From positions 1-44,600 of the forward strand of contig CAVYRH010000014.1 of NCBI GenBank assembly GCA_963770835.1: DNA of 44,600 nt, given 5' to 3'. The stretch is from an uncultured Pseudomonadota bacterium. GTDB lineage: Bacteria; Oederibacteriota; Muellerivitia; Muellerivitales; Muellerivitaceae. The position numbers were made by a program, and so were the translations under genes. Within the stretch, counting starts at the first letter, position 1. Each line of letters starts with the position of its first letter. This document shows, piece after piece, positions 9,274 through 18,400 of this stretch. The notes beneath the pieces are model-generated. The model had not been told where the DNA came from and ran no database searches. It worked only from the letters and a program-made list of their open reading frames with translations.

Positions 9274-9310
9274 GAAAAGCTTGCGAAATAAAGTTAAAAG
9301 GGAGGTCCCC

Positions 9311-10135
9311 ATGAATACCCGTAAAATTACCGCCCGCACGCGGGGGAACAACCACGGCCCGATCACGCGCATCGTCAGTCCGTCCAACCGGATCGCCGAA
9401 TTGATCAAGCCCTTCGTCTTCCTCGATTACTTCAAGCACGATGGGACGTTTGAGGGCTTCGGCCTGCACCCCCATTCGGGCATCGCCACGCTCACTTATA
9501 TTATTGAGGGCGCGGTGGACTATATCGACACCTCGGGCAAGACCGGGGTGGTGCCGCCCGGCGGCCTGGAGTGGATGAAGGCCGGGGGAGGCGCCTGGCA
9601 TGGCGGCAAAGGCAAGGGAACCGGGCCCCAAAGCGGCTTCCAGTTATGGATTTCGCTTCCGCCCGGCATTGAGGAAGAGGCATCCGAGAGCCTCTATGCC
9701 TCGCCCGGGGAAGTGAAGGGCCACGGCACCGTTAAAGTTTTGCTGGGATCCCACGGCGAAGCCAAGAGCCCCTTCGAGACGCCGGCTTCGATGAATTATT
9801 ACCAGGTGAGCCTGAAGGACGGCGAAAGCTGGCATTACGAGCCGCCCAAGGGGCACAAGGTGGCCTGGGTCTACCCCTACAAGGGCTCGCTGAAGGCGGG
9901 GGAAATCATCCCGAACGGGGAGCTGGCGGTGTTCGAGCCGTCCGAAGCCGCCGTCGAACTTGAGGCGGTGGGCAACACGGCTTTCATGTTCGGCTCCGCG
10001 GTACCGCATGATTACCCGTTGGTGTTGGGCCGTTATTCGGTGCACACCAACGCCCAATCGCTGGAGGATAGCGAGAACCGCATCCGCCAGATCGAAAGAA
10101 AGTTGATCGAGGAAGGTGCCCTTATCCCCGATTGA
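9311..10135 (+). CDS. Pirin-family protein
   Basis: PFVFLD, GFGLHPHSGIATLTY, EWMKAGGGAWH, GFQLW; ATG 9311 after GGAGG. Confidence 0.93.
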   Translation: MNTRKITARTRGNNHGPITRIVSPSNRIAELIKPFVFLDYFKHDGTFEGFGLHPHSGIATLTYIIEGAVDYIDTSGKTGVVPPGGLEWMKAGGGAWHGGKGKGTGPQSGFQLWISLPPGIEEEASESLYASPGEVKGHGTVKVLLGSHGEAKSPFETPASMNYYQVSLKDGESWHYEPPKGHKVAWVYPYKGSLKAGEIIPNGELAVFEPSEAAVELEAVGNTAFMFGSAVPHDYPLVLGRYSVHTNAQSLEDSENRIRQIERKLIEEGALIPD

Positions 10136-10260
10136 TCATCGGGCCGAGCCCGATTTGAGAGATAAGGGTGACCCTGTTCCCTGCGATTCCAGGCCGATGG
10201 CCTGGAGTTATTTTCGTGGAACAGGGTACCCTTATCCCCGATTGATCATCGAGCCGGGCC
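10115..10260 (+). repeat. 36-bp direct repeat (10115-10150 / 10225-10260) around a long hairpin
   Basis: GGTRCCCTTATCCCCGATTGATCATCGRGCCGRGCC twice, 3 mismatches. Inverted arms 10161-10180/10218-10236; inner TCCAGGCC/GGCCTGGA. Confidence 0.9.
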
Positions 10261-10261
10261 A

Positions 10262-10321
10262 TCTACCTACGCTAAAGCTTCCCCCTACACTAAAGTTTTG
10301 GGGGACAGGCCGGTCGACAGG
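10262..10321. repeat. Nested REP-like elements of the CCTACGCTAAAGCTT...ACAGG type
   Basis: Outer CCTACGCTAAAGCTT...CGGTCGACAGG interrupted by inner CCCCCTACACTAAAGTTTTGGGGGACAGG. Confidence 0.7.
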
Positions 10322-10503
10322 CCCTTCAACGGTTTAGAGGTTTAAGAAAAAACCCCATGAAATCACGGCGTTTTGTTTTGAACCCTTTGTCCTAAAAGCT
10401 TTCTACTGATGGAGCGTTTTGGGAAGCGTAGTATCATGGCTTGTCGTTAAGCCACAATGCCGAAGGCCGGTCCGGATAAAACTATTTGTATAAAGGAAAA
10501 CTT

Positions 10504-11451
10504 ATGCCCGAAACCGAATTAAAACCCAGCAAGGTCGGAGCCGTTCTCATCGGGTTGGTTGAAATCTGTATTTTCCTCTTCTGCGGCCTCATGGGGGTTC
10601 TCATCCTGGTACTTCCCAAAATCACGCCGACCCTCCCGGAGCAAGGAAATTCTTTAGCCGCCGCTGGCGCGATTTATTTAGGCGCCGGGGCGTTTTTCCT
10701 GGTATTCGCCATCGGGACAATGATGGGGAAGCGCTGGGCCCGGACCCTGATGCTGATCCTCTCCTGGTTCTGGCTGGCCAGCGGGATCCTCGGCATGGGC
10801 TACATGGTTTACTTGTTTCCCGCTTTTGATAAGTCACTTGAGGCCACCGGGCAGGCCAACCCCGGAATGGTCATGGTGGTGAAAGCCATCATGGGTGCGG
10901 TCTTTTTTTTCATTTTCTTGCTCCTCCCCGGGATGTTCATTCTTTTTTACGGCCGCAAGAAGGCCAGGCAAAACTTCGAAGCCTGGGACCCGCAGGAATC
11001 CTGGACCGACAAGTGCCCCGCCCCGGTTTTGGCCGTCAGCCTTTGCGCGGGATTGGGGGCGGTTTGTATTTTTCCCTTCATGGCTTTCTGCCGTTTCGTG
11101 GCCCCTTTTTTCGGAACCATCCTGGACGGCTGGGCGGGCGCATCGGTCTGCACCATCGTGGCCCTGGCTCTTCTTTACGTCGCCTGGGGCGCCTACCAAT
11201 TGAAGATGGAGGCTTGGTGGACCCAATTGGGGGTATTTTTATTTTGGGGAATCAGCGCGGTCTGGACCTTTTCCCAGCACACCCTTATCGAATTCGACGA
11301 GAAAATGGGATTTCCGGCGGCTACCCTTGCGAGGGCCAAAGAAATGGATGTGTTCAACAACACCCAATTCTTCGCGATTTATACCGGAATTATTTTCGCG
11401 GTTTACATCGGGTACCTTCTTTTCATCCGGAAGTATTTCAAGAAAGCCTAA
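10504..11451 (+). CDS. Polytopic membrane protein of unknown function
   Basis: About 8 hydrophobic segments in two similar halves; ATG 10504 after AAGGA. Confidence 0.8.
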   Translation: MPETELKPSKVGAVLIGLVEICIFLFCGLMGVLILVLPKITPTLPEQGNSLAAAGAIYLGAGAFFLVFAIGTMMGKRWARTLMLILSWFWLASGILGMGYMVYLFPAFDKSLEATGQANPGMVMVVKAIMGAVFFFIFLLLPGMFILFYGRKKARQNFEAWDPQESWTDKCPAPVLAVSLCAGLGAVCIFPFMAFCRFVAPFFGTILDGWAGASVCTIVALALLYVAWGAYQLKMEAWWTQLGVFLFWGISAVWTFSQHTLIEFDEKMGFPAATLARAKEMDVFNNTQFFAIYTGIIFAVYIGYLLFIRKYFKKA

Positions 11452-11575
11452 GGACCCCCTATCGCCGGGGGAAATATTTGAAGTGAAAATCCCAATCCTT
11501 CAACCTGTTTATCCGCTTTGAGCCGTTGCACGGATAAAGGGCCTGGCCCCTTTGTATCCTGTTTTTCTTGGATGG

Positions 11576-12388
11576 TTATTTCTTGATGGAGTTCAAGAAC
11601 GCCGCAACTTTGAGCAATTCTTCCCCCGTGATTTCATGCCCCATCGGCAATTCCTCCAGGACCGGTTTATAACCCGCCCGTTTCAGGGCCTGGACTGTCC
11701 GCTGATTGAGGTCTTCCTGGACGACGTTGTCGCTATACCCGTGGAACATGAGGATCGGCGTTTTCAGGGGGGCGGTGGGATGTTCCAAGGTTTGGGCGGG
11801 ATCCCAAATGTAACCGCTCAAGGAAACGATGGCCCGGATATTTCCCTTGTAATTTAATCCCGCTTCCAAGGCCATGACCGCCCCTTGGGAAAAACCCACC
11901 AGGATGATCGGCCTGGGCTTGCGCTTGGCCCCATCCACGGTCGGATCTTTTGAGAAACGGTCCATAAGGTCGAAAAGGTAATCCCGGCTCTTGATGGTAT
12001 CTTCCCGATCCCCCCGGTAGGCGTACCAGGCATATCCAAGGGGGTTCAAGCTCCGCGGAATAAGGTGGTCCGCCAATCGACGGACCAGGTTACGCCCGCC
12101 ATGGCCTAGGGGGTCCCATGGAATAAGGGCGTCGGGCACTACAAAACGGGAGGGCGGCAGGTGTAAAGCGTCACATTTAGACCTAAAGCTATCCGCCTTG
12201 CCCCCCAATCCATGGAGTAAAAAGATGACGGGAGCGTCTGGGGGAAGCCCGGGCGGCTCCATCACCCAACAATGGTGGGCTTGAACGATGACCTCACAAC
12301 CCACCATCCCGGCAAATGATTTTGGGGGCGAAGAAAAAACAAATAGGAGGAAGATCCAAGGACTGTACCGGAAAATACGGAAGATCAT
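11576..12388 (-). CDS. Alpha/beta hydrolase (phospholipase/carboxylesterase family)
   Basis: LLHGLG, GFSQG nucleophile elbow, HGYSDNVV, MGHEI; N-terminal signal-like segment. Confidence 0.9.
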   Translation of the reverse strand: MIFRIFRYSPWIFLLFVFSSPPKSFAGMVGCEVIVQAHHCWVMEPPGLPPDAPVIFLLHGLGGKADSFRSKCDALHLPPSRFVVPDALIPWDPLGHGGRNLVRRLADHLIPRSLNPLGYAWYAYRGDREDTIKSRDYLFDLMDRFSKDPTVDGAKRKPRPIILVGFSQGAVMALEAGLNYKGNIRAIVSLSGYIWDPAQTLEHPTAPLKTPILMFHGYSDNVVQEDLNQRTVQALKRAGYKPVLEELPMGHEITGEELLKVAAFLNSIKK

Positions 12389-12432
12389 TCACATCTCCAA
12401 CGAAAGATAAATAGGCCCCCATTTTATGCTTT

Positions 12433-12501
12433 AGGGAAACAAAAGGGGCCAGGCCAACTTTAACCTTTTAATGTGTTGAACGGTCCGGCCCTTTGGGTTC
12501 C
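12433..12501. repeat. REPIN-like inverted doublet of the GGAAACAAAGGGCCnGGCC motif
   Basis: AGGGAAACAAAAGGGGCCAGGCC...GGTCCGGCCCTTTGGGTTCC; related copies at 6162-6190, 8139-8162, 11532-11559, 22368-22392, 24733-24795. Confidence 0.6.
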
Positions 12502-13163
12502 GCGCCCCCGGCGGAAATCTTGTCCGAAGGCCAAACATGAACCCCGTGAAGGCCCGCCTGGGCTGTGCGCACCATGGCTTTGGCGATGGTCCGGGCCGCA
12601 ATGGGTTTGTATTTCTTGAGGGGCCCCGCGAATAAAAAAGAAAGCCGGGTCAGAGACCACTCCATCATCTTCTCCATCGGCCTTCTTTCCTTGCGGTCAC
12701 TTTCCCCGGTGATGAAGGAAGGCTGGAAGATATGCAGGGCCTCGAAAGGGACCTCCCCGACGGCTTTTTCCATTTCCCCCTTCAGGCGGGTGTAGGGAAT
12801 GGACGAATTCGGGTTCGCCCCCAGGGAGGAAACCACCAGGAATTGCCTGGCCTTGTTTTTGTGGGCGGCCTGGGCCAGCCGGACCACGTAGTCGAAGTCG
12901 ATTTTCCGGTAGGCTTCCGGGGTGGGGGATTTCTTCCGGGTCGTGCCCAGGGCGCAGAAAACGTCGTCCACCTGGACGCTTTTCAAGGCGTGTTTGAGGT
13001 GGTCGAAATCCAGGACCAACTCGGTGAGCTTGGGATGCTGGAGGCCCAGGGGGGACCGCACCAGGACCGTGACATGGGAATATCCCGGATCTTCGAGCAG
13101 TTCCTTGAGGCAGAAACCCCCGACCAGGCCGCTGGCACCCGCCAATAACGCCGTTCGCTTCAT
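12468..13163 (-). CDS. NAD(P)-binding oxidoreductase (YraR/CC3-TIP30-like atypical SDR)
   Basis: GASGLVG, DDVFCALGTT, VSSLGA, YTRLKGEME. Confidence 0.9.
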   Translation of the reverse strand: MKRTALLAGASGLVGGFCLKELLEDPGYSHVTVLVRSPLGLQHPKLTELVLDFDHLKHALKSVQVDDVFCALGTTRKKSPTPEAYRKIDFDYVVRLAQAAHKNKARQFLVVSSLGANPNSSIPYTRLKGEMEKAVGEVPFEALHIFQPSFITGESDRKERRPMEKMMEWSLTRLSFLFAGPLKKYKPIAARTIAKAMVRTAQAGLHGVHVWPSDKISAGGAEPKGPDRSTH

Positions 13164-13317
13164 GGATCGCCTTTCGATTCGTTTTTAACCGCGGAGCAAT
13201 AGGAGGGTGAAATCAAAGAGGGGCAAAGGGTAAAGGTTGATGTAAAAGAGGACGGTTTAGCCATTAAGCCGTAAAAAAATAGGCAGCCTTTGTTCCTCAA
13301 CACCCAATCGTTTGGGC

Positions 13318-13512
13318 TTAGTTCTTCTTATCCTGCTTTGGCCGCCGGTTCGCGGGTAGGGAGGCGGCGCCCTTGTTCTTCAGGTAATCCCCATATTTCG
13401 GGCCGACACGCTGAGTGGCGGGGGTATTCGAGGTCCATTCACCTGAAACCGCCGCGCCGCATGGAAGCGCCAGGAAGGCCGCGGCCAATGCGAAAAGTAC
13501 CATTCGTTTCAT
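13318..13512 (-). CDS. Small secreted protein (64 aa)
   Basis: AGGAG RBS; signal peptide MKRMVLFALAAAFLALPCGA; basic tail. Confidence 0.6.
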   Translation of the reverse strand: MKRMVLFALAAAFLALPCGAAVSGEWTSNTPATQRVGPKYGDYLKNKGAASLPANRRPKQDKKN

Positions 13513-13565
13513 GAAACGCTCCTGTCTTTTTTTGGCGAGTCAAAGGGATTTTCCAAGGCCCCTCC

Positions 13566-14369
13566 TCAAGGTGGACTGATGGTGAGATGGTAGGGAATGG
13601 GGGCCACCCCGCTGTACGAAGTGACCATTAAATAATAACTGTCCCCCGGGTTCAACGACGGGGAGGTCACCGAGATCCCCGGTTGCGTGGCGCCGGGATC
13701 GTAGACATAGGTGCAGGTCGAATCGAAAATGACGAGGTCCAATAAATTGCTGTCGGTGCCGGTTGAGTAGCAATCCACCGTGAACGTGTAGACCCCCGTC
13801 GATCCGGCCGTGAAAAGGTAATAGTCCAAATCCCCGTTGTAGGCGCCGGCCCCGGCCGGGTTCAGGGAACCCGAAATGACCAGGGGCGTTCCCGAAGTGA
13901 CGGTGCCGACGTTCTCGGCGGTCGCGCAGGAATCGTTGGTCCCCGTGGGCCCTCCTAGGGTGACGGGCTCCATCTCGGTGTAGGAGGCCGCCCCGGTGGG
14001 GGTGGGGTTGCAGACCGTGGCTGGGGTGGGCGTGCCGGTGGGGGTATCAGTGGCCGTGTCAGTGGGACTATTCGTCGGGGTTGGTGTCGGGGTATTGGAC
14101 GGCGTTGAAGTCGGGGTGGGGGTGCAGGTGGAACTGGGCGTGGAAGTCGGCGTGAAACTGACGGTCGAGGACGACGTTGGGGTGTTGGTGCAGGTAGCGG
14201 TAGGAGTGCGGGTCGGGCTGGAGGACGTGGTGGGCGTCGGGCTGTTCGTGTGGGTGGGAGTGGCGGTGTTGAGGCTGACGGGGTTTACGGGTATGGAAAT
14301 GTTTCTTGAGCAGGCAGCCGCATAGACGACCAACACCGCGAGTAATAGAAGAAAAAGGCCTGGTTTCAT
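13566..14369 (-). CDS. Lipoprotein with Thr/Pro linker and one PPC-like domain
   Basis: Lipobox-like YAAA-C; long TPT linker; EMEP...NDSCATA...DLDYYLFT...VDCY, similar to the repeats in 2089-5814. Confidence 0.82.
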   Translation of the reverse strand: MKPGLFLLLLAVLVVYAAACSRNISIPVNPVSLNTATPTHTNSPTPTTSSSPTRTPTATCTNTPTSSSTVSFTPTSTPSSTCTPTPTSTPSNTPTPTPTNSPTDTATDTPTGTPTPATVCNPTPTGAASYTEMEPVTLGGPTGTNDSCATAENVGTVTSGTPLVISGSLNPAGAGAYNGDLDYYLFTAGSTGVYTFTVDCYSTGTDSNLLDLVIFDSTCTYVYDPGATQPGISVTSPSLNPGDSYYLMVTSYSGVAPIPYHLTISPP

Positions 14370-14481
14370 CCGAGTCCCGAAATCGATTTAATTGAAAGGC
14401 AAATCAACGGCTGGAACCAATTTTACCACCACTTTTATAAAAACTAACAGGATGTTAGCGACTTAGTTTTGGAAGAAGTTA

Positions 14482-14589
14482 CCTGTCATTGCGGGGTCCG
14501 CCCCTAACAGCGCTCACAGGGAAGAGCCCCTGTGTACCCACAAAGTCGCACTGCCAATCGGGGCGCTTTGGACCAGGCTTACGGGCAGG
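14482..14589. other. Long irregular hairpin element with CCTGTC...GGCAGG termini
   Basis: Nested complementary arms CCTG/CAGG, GGTCC/GGACC, GCCCC/GGGGC, CACAGGG/CCCTGTG. Confidence 0.5.
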
Positions 14590-15021
14590 TTAAGACGCGA
14601 ATAATTTCTCGATGGTATGGATCAGCATTGGAAACTGGGCCATATCGAGGGGTTTGACCAGGTAACCCTCCGCATTCATTTCATGGGCGCGCCGGTTGTT
14701 CCACTCGCTCCAGGCCGTGGAAACCAAAACCACGGGGATGCGCCTTATCCGGAAGTCCCCTTTGACAGCCTCAAGGACTTCCCACCCGCTGATTCTTGGC
14801 AAGTTCAAATCCATCAGGATCAGGTCCGGATTGGGGGTCGAGGCGTAAACCCCCTCGTGCCGGAGGTAGCTCAGGGCTTCCTCACCGTCATAAGCGATGC
14901 CCAGGTAGACCCGGTGTTTGCAGCGGTTGAGGGCCTCCTGGATTAAAAAGACGTCGTTGGGGTTGTCCTCAACCAGGAGAATTTTTACGGCTTTGTTCTG
15001 AGTCGGCAGGGGAGTGGGCAT
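14590..15021 (-). CDS. Single-domain response regulator (Rcp1-like)
   Basis: ILLVEDNPND, PDLILMDLNLP, YLVKP; AGGAGG RBS. Confidence 0.93.
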   Translation of the reverse strand: MPTPLPTQNKAVKILLVEDNPNDVFLIQEALNRCKHRVYLGIAYDGEEALSYLRHEGVYASTPNPDLILMDLNLPRISGWEVLEAVKGDFRIRRIPVVLVSTAWSEWNNRRAHEMNAEGYLVKPLDMAQFPMLIHTIEKLFAS

Positions 15022-15494
15022 TTTGTCCTCCTTCCTATTAAAGGTTCTGGTTTTAAAAAGAAATGAACCTCGTTTATATGCTCCTACCGCTTTTTTGGGT
15101 TTTCAATGGTGGGGTCTTAAAAAAGTCCTAATTATTTTTTGGCGTGAAATCCACCTAAAAAACAAGGCGGCGGGGGTGGTTCTGCCCACCCCTTCCTATT
15201 TCAATGACGGCCAAATCCGAAAATCGGATATTTTTACGACAGTGTTAACCGGACCGTCGTGAATCATTTTATTTTTCTTTCCACGCCAAAATAAATTTTA
15301 TACACTTAGGAAACTTTCCGTCGTTTAACCAGCAGTTTGGAAACCCAACCACTTTCTCCTTCCATTTCCTCCGTGGTTGTTCTGTTTTAATTTTTGGGCA
15401 GCCGTCTAAAAAACCAAGCCGGAGAAAACAAGGGCCCGCCAGGGGGCGGATTGTTTTCTTCAATTCACCCATTGAACGAAATAAAAGGACCGCC

Positions 15495-18400
15495 ATGAAA
15501 AACGTTTCCGGAAAAATCAGCGTGAAAGTCTCCACATTAAAGGCCCTGGGCAGGGGTCTTTTGCTTTTCACCGCCCTTGCGGCGGGACGGTCCTGGGCCA
15601 TTCCGATCAACCCCGTGACTTCGGCCAATACCTTCCAAAGCGCGGTTTCCACCATCAACGGGCTCGGGATCGCCAATAGCTTGACCTTTGAGTCCGGTTT
15701 GATCGACCTGAATACCCTGACGACCCCTCCCCTTGGCACCTTGAACTACAACACGATTTTCGTCAGCACGCTGGGCACGGTCCCGGTGACCCTGACCAAC
15801 CTGGGCATCGGCGACGCGGTCAGCTTTAACTCCACGGCCCAAGTCCAAATATCCGGCAACTACAACTTCACCATCCTGGGCGGCGGGAACCTGGGGTTGA
15901 ACTCCGGCAACAACGGCATTTCGGGCAACAGCGCCTCGCTCACGGCCGGGTCAATCCTGGTGGATCCGGGCGCGGGCCTCTATGTGGCGGGCGGCGCGGG
16001 ACAAGCGGTCACGGGCTACGGAAGCCTGGTGGGCAACGGCGGCAACGGCGGCAACGCGAGCCTGTCGGTCTCGGGCCCGGTTTCGGTGGACGGCTTCTCC
16101 ATGGCCGTCAGCGGCGGCATCGGCGGCAATTCCTACGGTGCCAACGGCGGCAATGGCGGGAACGCCACGGCCACCCTGGGTTCGAGCCTGGGCGTATCCG
16201 ATTCCAATTTCGGCGTTTACGGCGGTGAAGCCGGTTACAACGGTGACGACGGCCCGGGCCTGGGCGGCAACGGCGGCAACGCCACCTTGTCGGTGGCCGG
16301 CGCGGTTGCGGCAACTGTCTCCTCGGACATTTACGTTTATGGCGGGGTCGGGGAGTACGGTTACGGCGCCCACGGCCAGACCGAGGGGAACGGCGGAAGC
16401 GCGGCGGCATCCTTGGGCGGTACCCTGGCCCTGGCCGGCTCCAATATGTTCGTCGAAGGCGCAACGGGCGCGTCCGACGACATCGGCAACGGCGCCAACG
16501 GCGGCGCGGGCGGCAACAGCGGCCTGTCGGTTTCGGGCGCGGTTTCGGTGGGTGCGGGCGAATTGTATGTTTCGGGCGGTGAAGGCGGCGATTCCTACGG
16601 TGCAAACGCCGGCAACGGCGGAAGCGCCTCCGCGAATTTCGGCTCCAACTTGACCCTGGCCTCCGCAACCCTCGGCGTGGCGGGCGCGGAAGGCGGCTAC
16701 AACGACGAAGAAGACCCGGGCGTTTCCGGCAATGGCGGCAACGCCACGCTGTCGGTGGCGGGTGCGGTTTCCGTGACCGCCAGCGCGGTAACCGTGGCGG
16801 GCGGCGGAGGGGATTACGGCTACGCGAGCCGGGGCGTGACCCAGGGGGCGGGCGGGAATGCCCAGGCCTCCATGACGGGCCTGAACATGGGCGGTACCTC
16901 CAACCTGGAGATCTACGGCGGCGAAGGGGCATCGGATTACGGCTATACGGGCGGAGTGGGGGGCGCGGGTGGAAACGCCGGTTTGTCCGTTTCGCAGGGG
17001 GTTTCCCTGACCGGCAGTTACGTGTACGTTTCCGGCGGGGAGGGCGGGTATGCCTATTCCGCCAACGGCCTCAATGGCGGGGACGGCATGGTGAGCATCG
17101 GATCGAACTTAAGTTTGGCCTCAGCCTCGTCCCTTGACCTCTACGGCGGTGAGGGCGGCTATAACGACGACGCGGGCAACGGCGTGGGCGGCAACGGCGG
17201 CAACGCCACGCTGTCGGTGGCCGGCGCGGTTTCCATTGATGACAGCGCCGTCACTGTCCTGGCGGGCGATGGGGATGAGGGATACGGGGACCACGGCCAG
17301 ACCGAAGGCGCCGGCGGCAACGGCTTTGCCAGCCTGGGCAGTTTGAGCCTGGTGGACCATTCCATCCTGGAAGTGGCCGGCTCGACCGGGGCTTATGACT
17401 ACGAGTACAACGGCGCCAATGCCGGAAGCGGCGGCAACGGAACCCTGGATATTTCCGGGGCGGTTTCGATGGATACCAGCGACCTGGGCGTTTACGGCGG
17501 CGACGGCGCCTATGCCTATTCGGGCAACGGCGGCAACGGCGGCAACGCGAACTTGAACATCGGGTCCAATCTCACCCTGAACAGCGCCGCCGGCACGGTG
17601 TTGGGCGGGTACGGCTATTACAACGACGACGAAGGCCCGGGCGTTTCCGGCAACGGCGGCAACGCCGGCCTGTCGGTTTCGGGCGCGGTTTCGATGAACG
17701 CCGGCACCCTCCTGGTCGAGGCCGGTTACGCGGATTACGGTTACGGGGCCGGCGGCACGACCGAGGGGTCGGGCGGGAGCGCCTCGGCCAGCATCGGGGG
17801 GGATTTGACCATGGTCACCTCCACTTTTGACACCCTGGGTGAATACGGCGCCTATGACGAACGGTACGGCGGCGCCAGCGGCGGCAACGGCGGCAACGCC
17901 AGCCTGTCGGTGGCGGGCGCGGCTTCGGTGAGCGCCGGCACGCTGGAGGTGGAGGCCGGCGCCGGTGGATATTCCTATTCGGCCAACGGCGGCAACGGCG
18001 GCAGCGCCTCGATGAGCGTCGGGTCCGGTTTGACCCTGAACGGCACCAACTCCTATGTGCTGGGCGGCGACGCCTCCTATAACGACGACGAAGGCCTCGG
18101 CGTGGGCGGAAGCGGCGGCAACGCCGGCTTGTCCGTGGGCGGCGCGGTCTCGATGGGCACCAGCACCCTCGAGGTCGAGGCCGGCTACGGGTATGAGGGC
18201 TACGGGGGCTCCGGCATGAGCGAGGGGGCCGGCGGAAGCGCCACGGCCAGCGTGGGCAGTTTGACGGCGGGCAATTCCACTTTTGAGGTCTTAGGCAATT
18301 ACGGCGGGTATGACTACGCGTACAACGGCGCCAATGCCGGAAGCGGCGGCAACGCCAGTTTGTCGGTGAATGGCGCGGCTTCGGTGAGCCACACCACCTT

